A stretch of 64,000 nucleotides of DNA, taken from NCBI GenBank assembly GCA_963555815.3, contig CAUVWX020000001.1, positions 352,001 through 416,000 of the forward strand, read 5' to 3'. The notes under the pieces were generated by a model. It ran no database searches. It saw nothing but the letters and a program-made list of their open reading frames with translations, and had not been told where the DNA came from. The position numbers and the translations under genes are program-made. Of the stretch, positions 56,481 to 64,000 are shown piece after piece (positions within the stretch are counted from its first letter, which is position 1; each line of letters opens with the position of its first letter). The stretch comes from a bacterium (GTDB lineage: Bacteria; UBA8248; JACPRG01; G963555815).

Positions 56481-57596
56481 ATGAGCGCACCCCCCCTGAC
56501 CGAAACGCAGATCCTCGACGCCCTTCGGCGCATCCAGGACCCGGACCTCCACCGGGACATCGTCAGCCTGGACTTTATCAAGGATCTCAAGGTGGAGGAC
56601 GGGAGCGTCGCCTTCACCATCGAGCTCACGACCCCCGCCTGCCCGGTCAAGGCCCAGATGGAGGCTCAGGCCAAGGAGTTCGTCGGCGCCCTTCCAGGTG
56701 TCAAGGAGGTAGACGTCACCATGTCGGCCCGGGTGACCAGAGGCCGCGCCGCCACTGACAAACAGTCTATCTCCGGGGTCCGAAACATTATCGCCGTCGC
56801 CAGCGGGAAGGGGGGCGTGGGGAAATCCACCGTAGCGGTCAACCTAGCCATGGCCCTCGCTGAGTCGGGTGCCCGGGTGGGGTTGATGGACTCGGACATC
56901 TATGGCCCGAGCATTCCCCTCATGATGAACGTCTCTGGCTCGCCCACAGCAGGCGCCGGAAACCGCATGGTCCCTATGGAGAACTACGGCGTCAAGCTCA
57001 TGTCCATTGGCTTTATGACCCCTGGCGATGACAGCCCTGTCATCTGGCGGGGGCCCATGGTGATGCAGGCCGTGACCCAATTCCTCTACAACGTGGAATG
57101 GGGAGAGCTTGACTACCTCATCGTGGACATGCCCCCCGGGACCGGGGACGCCGTGCTCACGCTGGTCCAAAAGGTCCCCCTGAGCGGGGCCGTGATCGTC
57201 ACGACCCCCCAGGACATCGCCCTCATCGACGCCAAAAAGGGCCTGATGATGTTCACCAAGGTGGAGACGCCCATCCTGGGAATCGTCGAGAATATGAGCT
57301 CCTTTGTCTGCCCCCACTGCGGCGAGCGAACAGAGATCTTCAGCTCCGGCGGAGGGAGGAAGATGTCCGAGAAGTATGAAGTCCCCCTCCTGGGGGAGAT
57401 CCCCCTCGATCCGGAGATCCGGGAATGGGGGGACCAGGGAAAGCCCATCGTCATCGCCAAGCCCGAATCCCCTGTGGCCGAGGCCTTTAGAACATTCGCC
57501 TCCGCCGTGGCCGCTCGGGTCAGCGTGGTCAACATCGGGACGGGAACGGCCGACCGGCCCGCTTCCGGATCCTACATCCCCCTCAAGGTGGGTTGA
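56481..57596 (+). CDS. apbC: Mrp/ApbC Fe-S cluster carrier ATPase
   Basis: ELTTPACP, SGKGGVGKST, DMPPGTGD, CPHC. Confidence 0.95.
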   Translation: MSAPPLTETQILDALRRIQDPDLHRDIVSLDFIKDLKVEDGSVAFTIELTTPACPVKAQMEAQAKEFVGALPGVKEVDVTMSARVTRGRAATDKQSISGVRNIIAVASGKGGVGKSTVAVNLAMALAESGARVGLMDSDIYGPSIPLMMNVSGSPTAGAGNRMVPMENYGVKLMSIGFMTPGDDSPVIWRGPMVMQAVTQFLYNVEWGELDYLIVDMPPGTGDAVLTLVQKVPLSGAVIVTTPQDIALIDAKKGLMMFTKVETPILGIVENMSSFVCPHCGERTEIFSSGGGRKMSEKYEVPLLGEIPLDPEIREWGDQGKPIVIAKPESPVAEAFRTFASAVAARVSVVNIGTGTADRPASGSYIPLKVG

Positions 57597-57677
57597 GATA
57601 AGCCCCCCAAAGAGCCTCTGGTTTTTGAGATCGCCCGGGAGTTTATTTTTGTCTTAGCCCGGTGTCTTCCCACCTCG

Positions 57678-59063
57678 ATGGGAAAGGGGATGCCTTTAAC
57701 CTGGCTTCAAAAGCTCACCCATAGTTTCAAAAGCGTCGTCCCTTTCCCAGGCTTCCTTTTGCTCCCCTTCTTCGTGGTCGCCTGCGAGGGATTTCAGGAT
57801 GCCAGACTGACCACGACCCCGCCGCCCCGGGCTTTCATCAAGGTTTTTATCTCCCAGGATCTGGAACTCGACAAAAGTCCTCCCCCCGCAGCCGACGCCG
57901 TCGACGAGGCCGCCGAAACCGTCTCGCCCAATCCTGATCCCGATGCGGACTCCTCTCACCTTCCCCTCCTGACAGCGGCCCGGACCCAAGCAAACGCCCT
58001 TCAACTCTTCTTCAGCCAACTCAACGACCCCAGTCTCATCAAGGGCCTCTCCATTCAAGCGGAGGTGAGAAACCCCCTGGGGGAGGAACAGGCCCGGTCT
58101 AAAAGGGCCACCCGGAAGAAGGCACCGGAGATCAAGTCTGGCCCCCCTAACAAACCAAAACCCCCGGTGAAACCCAGTGTTGCCACCCTCTATTTCGCCA
58201 GCGCCGAGGCCCGAGACCGAGAGGCCCTCCTGAAGGCCCTCGGACCGAACGAGATAGGCGCGCTCACCTGCGGCCCTCCCGCCGGGGAGAGAAGAATCCT
58301 CTCCCTCTTCGGCTTTCTCTCGGCAGCGGCAAAGCGGACAGCCATATTCCTGAAGGAGCGGGGAGATGAGCAAGTTGTCCTGCTGGTCGACCCGACACCC
58401 TACGGAGAAAGGGGAAGGATAGTTTTTGGGCAGGCGGCCAGAGAGTCAGGCCTTCAGATCCTGTCCGAGGGTGTTCTCGAGGAGGACGCCCTTAAAATTC
58501 CTCTCCCTGACAGGAGGGATGTGCCTCTTGTGATCTGGACAGAAGATATCAGGGCGATCTCCATCCTGCAGTCCCTGCGACAGATGGGCTACGAAGATTT
58601 CGTCTTCGGCCCCGCCGTGCCTCATCCGGATTTGACCTTTGACACCACCCACCCCTGGACCCCCAACCTCTTCCTGAAAGAGGCGGAGGGAGTCCTGGCG
58701 GTAGCCCACAAACTCCTCGTCGCGGACACCCTGCCTAAAACCGACCCTCACGGACCTCGGTTGAGAAAGTTCCGGGAAGAATACGAGATAGCGTTCGAGT
58801 CCCCCCCCTCCTTGCTGGGCGCTTGCACCTACGATGCCCTCGTCTTTGCCGCCGAGAACCTGCGGGCCCTGGCTCACCCCCTGGACCTGGCGACGCTGCC
58901 CCCCCGCACTCTTCAGCGCCTGTTGAGCGCCCCGTCCTGGTCAGGGGTATCGGGCATCTATGTCTTTCAAACGGCAGCCTCAGGGGACCGGGTAGGCCTT
59001 CTCGACCTGGACGCCTTTGTGATGGTGAAGGCAGAGGGGGGTCGCTGGCAGCTTGTCCAGTGA
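57678..59063 (+). CDS. Divergent LivJ-type periplasmic binding protein, possibly a lipoprotein
   Basis: VVAC lipobox-like; FREEY...YDA...W.GVSG.Y.F C-terminal pattern. Confidence 0.6.
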   Translation: MGKGMPLTWLQKLTHSFKSVVPFPGFLLLPFFVVACEGFQDARLTTTPPPRAFIKVFISQDLELDKSPPPAADAVDEAAETVSPNPDPDADSSHLPLLTAARTQANALQLFFSQLNDPSLIKGLSIQAEVRNPLGEEQARSKRATRKKAPEIKSGPPNKPKPPVKPSVATLYFASAEARDREALLKALGPNEIGALTCGPPAGERRILSLFGFLSAAAKRTAIFLKERGDEQVVLLVDPTPYGERGRIVFGQAARESGLQILSEGVLEEDALKIPLPDRRDVPLVIWTEDIRAISILQSLRQMGYEDFVFGPAVPHPDLTFDTTHPWTPNLFLKEAEGVLAVAHKLLVADTLPKTDPHGPRLRKFREEYEIAFESPPSLLGACTYDALVFAAENLRALAHPLDLATLPPRTLQRLLSAPSWSGVSGIYVFQTAASGDRVGLLDLDAFVMVKAEGGRWQLVQ

Positions 59064-59114
59064 GGCAATAGAGGGCCTTGTCGGCCGCGAAAAATCTGCT
59101 AAAATAGCTTCATC

Positions 59115-59462
59115 ATGCGCCAAAAGTTGAAAAGGCTTTATGCCGCGTGGCGAGTCGCCACTGCGGGCAGTCTGGCGGCGGGCTTTTTGCTCACCTACCT
59201 GGTCGCCCTTCCTCCGCACCTGGTCCACCACATCTTCGAAGCGGAGCCGAGCGACCCCTTCAAGGTAGACCTGAGCCAATCGGGCTGCTCTCACCTCGCC
59301 CAGAGCCAGACGACCACACCACATCAGACAGATGCGCCGAGCCTGATCCCTCCCATCCCCGCCGAAATCCTTCACGCTCTCTTTTCTGGAACGTCTCTTC
59401 CATCGCCCAAATTCAGGATCAACCATCCTCGCGCCCCACCCTGCTTCACACTCTCCACGTAG
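59115..59462 (+). CDS. DUF2946/CruR/CutF-like upstream ORF with RAPP motif
   Basis: Hydrophobic N-terminus, HLVHH, CSH, C-terminal RAPP at 59430-59441. Confidence 0.7.
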   Translation: MRQKLKRLYAAWRVATAGSLAAGFLLTYLVALPPHLVHHIFEAEPSDPFKVDLSQSGCSHLAQSQTTTPHQTDAPSLIPPIPAEILHALFSGTSLPSPKFRINHPRAPPCFTLST

Positions 59463-59567
59463 CTTCGTCAATTCTCATAATTTACTGAACTGAGCGGACT
59501 CTTTGGGTGTCCGGGGGCATGCACCTTGTCCATCCGGGGGAGAGTGTCCGCTCAGAGGAGAACATAT

Positions 59568-60521
59568 ATGAAAATTCGGATGACGGGTTTTATCTGTCTT
59601 GTGATCCTAGCGATCGGAGCTGGGCCCGCCTTAGGCCACGGGCTGGTGGGAAAGCGGTTCTTTCCGTCCACGCTCGCGATTGAGGACCCTTTTGCTTCCG
59701 ACGAGCTGACGCTCCCGGCGTTCATCATCATCAAAGAGCCCCCGGAGGGGGATGAGCCAGCCACGGTCGAGACAGAGATAGAGGCGGAGTACTCAAAACG
59801 CATCACGCCGCATTTGGCGGTCTTCTTCGAGGGCGAGTGGGCCCATCTGAGCCCTGACAGCGGATCCGACGAGACTGGGTTCGGTAATCCCGAGGTGGGC
59901 CTCAAGTATCAGCTCTTCGAGAACGACGTCCACGAAACCGTTATCTCCCTGGCGCTGGGTTGGGCGATTGGCGGCGTGGGGAGCAAGGACGTTGAGGCCG
60001 TTTCCTTCAGCGAGCTCAACCCGAATCTCACTTTCGGAAAAGGGTTCGGCGACCTGCCCAATTCTCTTTCCTACCTCAAGCCTTTCGCTCTTACCGGGGT
60101 CTTCGGGGCAAAGATTCCGACCCGCAGCAGCTCAAAAAAAGTCGAGACCCACGAGAGCGAGGTGGAGATTGAGATCGAGCAGCACCCGAACAAACTTCAG
60201 TGGGGGTTCGTGGTCGAGTACAGCATCCCGTACCTTCAATCGTTCGTGAAGGACATCGGCCTTCCCTTCCCTTTCAACCGGATGATCCCCGTCGTCGAGC
60301 TGGCTCTTGAAACCCCGCTCGACCGCGGATCGGCCGGAGACACGACGGGGGCCATCAATCCCGGGGTCATCTGGACCAAAAAATCATTCCAGTTCGCGTT
60401 GGAGGCCGTTATTCCCATTAACGATCGGACAGGCGAAAACATAGGAGTGCGGGGAATGTTCCACCTCTTCCTGGACGACCTGTTCCCTAAAAGTCTAGGT
60501 CGGCCGATCTTCGGCGGATGA
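59568..60521 (+). CDS. Putative outer-membrane beta-barrel protein, probably copper-related
   Basis: Signal peptide with mature N-terminal His (ALG-HG), amphipathic strands, overlaps the copC start; AGGAG RBS. Confidence 0.7.
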   Translation: MKIRMTGFICLVILAIGAGPALGHGLVGKRFFPSTLAIEDPFASDELTLPAFIIIKEPPEGDEPATVETEIEAEYSKRITPHLAVFFEGEWAHLSPDSGSDETGFGNPEVGLKYQLFENDVHETVISLALGWAIGGVGSKDVEAVSFSELNPNLTFGKGFGDLPNSLSYLKPFALTGVFGAKIPTRSSSKKVETHESEVEIEIEQHPNKLQWGFVVEYSIPYLQSFVKDIGLPFPFNRMIPVVELALETPLDRGSAGDTTGAINPGVIWTKKSFQFALEAVIPINDRTGENIGVRGMFHLFLDDLFPKSLGRPIFGG

Positions 60522-60889
60522 CTATGAACCGTCTCAGCGCCATCGGGCTTGCCTTGGCCGTCCTGCTCTTGGGGGCAACTGGGTTAGAGGCCCATACGTT
60601 CCTTGAGCGCGCCGAGCCCCGGGTCGGGAACACAGTAAAAACTTCACCGACCGAGGTCAGGCTGTGGTTCTCCGATCACCTCGATCCTGCCTACAGTAAT
60701 GTCCAAGTGGTCAACGAGGCCGGCGAGCAGGTGGACAAGGGAGACGGTCAGGTGGACTCCTCCAACCCTGTGCTGCTCCGAGTTTCTCTCCCCTCACTTC
60801 CATCCGGGGCCTATCAGGTGATTTGGAGCGTGCTCTCGGTAGATGGTCATGCCGTTCGGGAAGACTTCACCTTCCGAGTGACCCCTTGA
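60518..60889 (+). CDS. copC: Copper resistance protein CopC
   Basis: AH.FL...P, V.L.F, W.VLSVDGH motif. Confidence 0.92.
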   Translation: MTMNRLSAIGLALAVLLLGATGLEAHTFLERAEPRVGNTVKTSPTEVRLWFSDHLDPAYSNVQVVNEAGEQVDKGDGQVDSSNPVLLRVSLPSLPSGAYQVIWSVLSVDGHAVREDFTFRVTP

Positions 60890-60899
60890 GAAGGAAGCC

Positions 60900-62413
60900 T
60901 TTATATCACCCGTTCACGAGGCGGACGAGGGGGGTGTCGGGCAGGAAATCAATGACGTTCAGGGATCCATAACCCTGGTTAATGCGAAAGACGTAGAATT
61001 CGTCAACATCCATTTTCCCAAATCTGGAAAAGCATCTTTTCTCGAAAGGAGTTGCTTCAAGAACTTACGGAGAGACTATTTCTATTATGGCTCGTGAAAT
61101 GGAAGCGCTCGAGAGAAACATTCGGCTCTATCCTTGGTACGCTAGCGCTTTTAACACGTTCTTCTGGATGCCGGTTTTCTTTTTGTATTTCAACGAGCGG
61201 TTTCCCCTCGAAAGCGTGTTGCGGCTCGAAGTCATCTACTATATAGCGGTCGTCTTCTTTGAGGTTCCATCCGGTTACTTTTCTGATTCATTCGGGCGGC
61301 GTATCACGCTGATAGCTTCGTCGGCAGCACTCGTAACAGCTTATTCATTATTCTTTTTTGGAGGCAGATTTGTGCTCTTTGCCGCGGCCCAGATATGTCT
61401 GGCCGTTGGTATCTCTTTCAATTCAGGCACCGATACTTCCTTCCATTTTGATTCATTAGCCGCCCTTGGCAGGGAAAAAGAATTCGCCGACCGAGAGGCA
61501 GGTATAGCAAGAAACATCTTTCTGGCAGGGGCCGGAGCGGCAATTGTCGGTGGTTCCGTTGCAATGCTTCAGCTCCGCTTGGCCTACGGTCTCTCACTCC
61601 CGGCAGCCCTCACAGCCTTTTTCATCGCCCTTTACGCCACTGAACCCACTACACATGAGCGAAAGAATGTGCTTGGTTTCGGGTTCTTCGGGCAACTCAA
61701 AGAATGCCTTCAGTCCCTCCGAACTCCCTCTTTAAGATGGCTGTTCGGCTATGCCGTGATCATGACTGTGCTTAACCACGTGCCCTACGAGTTCTATCAA
61801 GCCTATCTAGGTCTGCTCACTCTCGATCTGAACCTATGGACAAAGAGTACGCCCGTTGTAACTGGACTTCACATGGGTGTCGCAATGCTGTTGGGATCAT
61901 GGTTCGCTTCACAAAGCATTCATTTTCGAGACTGGCTGGGCAATGTTCCCTTGCTCCTTGTAAGCACTTTGGTTCAGACAGCTATCATCACGTTGATGGC
62001 ATTCCTACTCCACCCCATTCTTGCCGTTTTGCTTCTTTTCCGAACTCTTCCTCGCGCCCTGATGACCGCCCCACTCAACGCCGCCGTTGCGCCCCAGGTG
62101 CCCCAGGCACAGCGGGCAACGTATCTCTCCCTCCAAAGCCTAGCTGGAAGGCTCTCATTCGCTGGCGTTCTCTTTATGCTCTCCTTAGTCGCCGGATCTG
62201 ACAAGCCGACCGATTGGCCGTCACTGTCTCTAATACTACGGCTCTGCTCCGGAATCAGCCTGGTGGGTTTGCTCGCTCTGGCGGTGACGGCATCCATCCG
62301 ACGGGCAACATAATAGTTTGAAAAGCTCGACCAGGCCTCCACGAAGTTTTTATTTCACCTGTTCACGAGGCGGACGAGGGGGGTGTCGGGCAGGAAATCA
62401 ATGACGTTCAGGG
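60900..62413. mobile_element. 1449-bp insertion bounded by direct repeats of the phosphatase gene 3' end
   Basis: 60900-60964 matches 62349-62413 at 63/65; cargo is visibly AT-richer; no integrase. Confidence 0.7.
61087..62313 (+). CDS. MFS transporter
   Basis: FEVPSGYFSDSFGRR motif A, SGTD, QRATYLS; many TM helices. Confidence 0.92.
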   Translation: MAREMEALERNIRLYPWYASAFNTFFWMPVFFLYFNERFPLESVLRLEVIYYIAVVFFEVPSGYFSDSFGRRITLIASSAALVTAYSLFFFGGRFVLFAAAQICLAVGISFNSGTDTSFHFDSLAALGREKEFADREAGIARNIFLAGAGAAIVGGSVAMLQLRLAYGLSLPAALTAFFIALYATEPTTHERKNVLGFGFFGQLKECLQSLRTPSLRWLFGYAVIMTVLNHVPYEFYQAYLGLLTLDLNLWTKSTPVVTGLHMGVAMLLGSWFASQSIHFRDWLGNVPLLLVSTLVQTAIITLMAFLLHPILAVLLLFRTLPRALMTAPLNAAVAPQVPQAQRATYLSLQSLAGRLSFAGVLFMLSLVAGSDKPTDWPSLSLILRLCSGISLVGLLALAVTASIRRAT

Positions 62414-62981
62414 CCCCGTAATGCTGGTCAATGCGGAAAACGTGAGTGAGGGGGATGTCGAGGGTGTCGCAGAGGATCGCCCGGATAGGCCCCGCGTGGG
62501 CCACAACGGCGACGGCCTCCCCCCGGTGTCGTTCCACGAGCTCCCGGACTGTGCCGCGGGCCCGGTCGGAAAGCTCAGCCAGGGTCTCCCCTCCTGGAAT
62601 GCGAAAATTGACAATATCTTGAAACCGCGCCTCCCAATCCTCCGGAAATTTCTGGGCCACCTCCTCAAAGCGAAGTCCCTGCCACCTGCCGAAGTGAATC
62701 TCCCGAAGGCCATCGAGCTTGACCACTTTGCCCTGGAGGCCCAGGCGCTCGGCCAGGAGAAGGGCTCCCTGGTGGCTGCGCCGAAGGCCGCTCGAATAAA
62801 GACGGATCACCTCCTGACCCCCGAGCAACTTCGCCGCCCGCTCCATCTGTCGAAGACCCTCCGGGCTTAAGCCCGGGTCCCCTTGGCCGCCATAATAAAT
62901 TCCCTGGTAAGCCTCCTCCACCTCCCCGTGGCGAAGGAGAAAGAGGCGGGCCGTCTTCTCGTCCAGACTGGGAAGGTTCAA
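62355..62981 (-). CDS. Histidine phosphatase family protein (CobC alpha-ribazole phosphatase-like)
   Basis: LLRHGE, LREIHFGRWQG, PGGET, VAHAG.IR. Confidence 0.9.
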   Translation of the reverse strand: MNLPSLDEKTARLFLLRHGEVEEAYQGIYYGGQGDPGLSPEGLRQMERAAKLLGGQEVIRLYSSGLRRSHQGALLLAERLGLQGKVVKLDGLREIHFGRWQGLRFEEVAQKFPEDWEARFQDIVNFRIPGGETLAELSDRARGTVRELVERHRGEAVAVVAHAGPIRAILCDTLDIPLTHVFRIDQHYGALNVIDFLPDTPLVRLVNR

Positions 62982-63440
62982 AACAGGTGTCCCCCTTTCT
63001 TTGAAGCCAGCTTAGCAGAGAAGGGGCAGACCGGGCGAGGGCGGCCGCCTCCACGGGGTCTACTACGGCGTCCCCATCCGGTTCGCCACGGGCCTTCTTG
63101 TAGGCCCTAAAAAGATCTCTCCTGCAGGCTTCCAAGGACTCAAAGAGAGTGTCCGGGGTCTCAAAGGGCTTTCTCCAAAAGCCGTCTCAAGCGCCTTTCG
63201 CCCAGTCAGCACCTAAACATCTTCTCTCCTCCGAAAAATCCAATCCTTTTCACCCCACAGCGGGCCAGAAATCCGAGTCTTGCAAGGCATCCACCTCGAC
63301 GGGGAGCCCAAACTCTCCTCAGAAAGCAGTGTGTCGCCCACGATTTCCTGGATCGCACCCCGAGTGGAACAATTGACAGGAAAGAGGGGGTTTTGATTAA
63401 ATCGAGCCCTCTCGGATTGGGTGGCGACAGAGGATTCAGA

Positions 63441-64000
63441 TTGTCAAAAAGGTCTCGCAAAAAAAAGGGGGCATTTCGTCGCCTCCGGTATGCCCTGGAA
63501 GGCGGTTTCCTTTGGGCGGTCTGCGGACTGCTGAGGGTGATTCCCCGAAAATCCGTGGACCTCATCGCCAGGGGGGCCTCCGTCCTCCTTTTTCATTTGG
63601 CCAGGCGAAGACGCCAGGTCACCCTGGAGAACCTTCGGGTCGCTTTTGGACACCAGATGAGGGAGACAGAGCTGTTGCAGCTTGCCCGGGAGAGCTACCG
63701 CCACTGGCTAAAATCCTTTTTGGAGTTAGGCCAGCTCTTGGGGCGCGATGGGGATCGCCTACTGGAAGAGGTCGATGGGGAGGGAGCGAATTTCCTTCAG
63801 GAAGCCCAGGCGAGGGGCAAAGGGGTCATCGTGATCACGGGTCACTTCGGGAACTTTGAGCTGATGCCCCTTTGGTGGTCTCGCCATTACTCGCCCCTCA
63901 ACCTGGTGATCCGGCCTCTGGACAACCCCTGGCTTGAGACCCGTCTGGCGAGGGTCCGCGGGCGCTTTGGAAATCGGCTTCTGACGCGTCGTCACGTCAT
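63441..64000 (+). CDS. LpxL/HtrB family lipid A acyltransferase (runs off the window end; absent from the ORF track)
   Basis: TTG start after AGAGGA; RR..TLENLRVAF...GKGVIVITGHFGNFEL...RPLDNP. Confidence 0.88.
   Translation, partial: MSKRSRKKKGAFRRLRYALEGGFLWAVCGLLRVIPRKSVDLIARGASVLLFHLARRRRQVTLENLRVAFGHQMRETELLQLARESYRHWLKSFLELGQLLGRDGDRLLEEVDGEGANFLQEAQARGKGVIVITGHFGNFELMPLWWSRHYSPLNLVIRPLDNPWLETRLARVRGRFGNRLLTRRHV

Noticed and set aside
62982..63380. Possible decayed gene (cobS-like tail) upstream of the phosphatase
   Set aside because: Resemblance too weak and no continuous frame

Overview
A GC-rich chromosomal window from a diderm bacterium. The 16S sequence and gene content look deltaproteobacteria-like or Nitrospinota/Tectomicrobia-like; this is an inference I have not verified. 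The window opens with a minus-strand rRNA operon (16S, tRNA-Ile, tRNA-Ala, partial 23S). Core genes follow: tyrS, HU, rluB, scpAB, selA, selB, ltaE, rpsU (missed by the ORF track), a Lon-like protease, sodC, DAHP synthase, a DinG-family helicase, Mrp and an LpxL-family acyltransferase. It also holds a Rieske/split cytochrome b operon with an octaheme cytochrome c, a surface-glycan cluster ending in two nonsense-interrupted genes, a cobalamin riboswitch-controlled btuFCDB-tonB operon and a copper locus. I found no CRISPR array, transposase or integrase. The strongest hidden signals are: (1) a RAPP-motif, His-rich upstream ORF with an RBS-adjacent hairpin ahead of an outer-membrane protein and CopC; (2) an unannotated Tyr/Phe leader peptide with an attenuator ahead of DAHP synthase; (3) a 1449-bp integrase-free MFS cassette bounded by duplicated, partly diverged 3' ends of a cobC-like gene; (4) the octaheme, coiled-coil bc complex; (5) a His-rich small ORF coupled to sodC.
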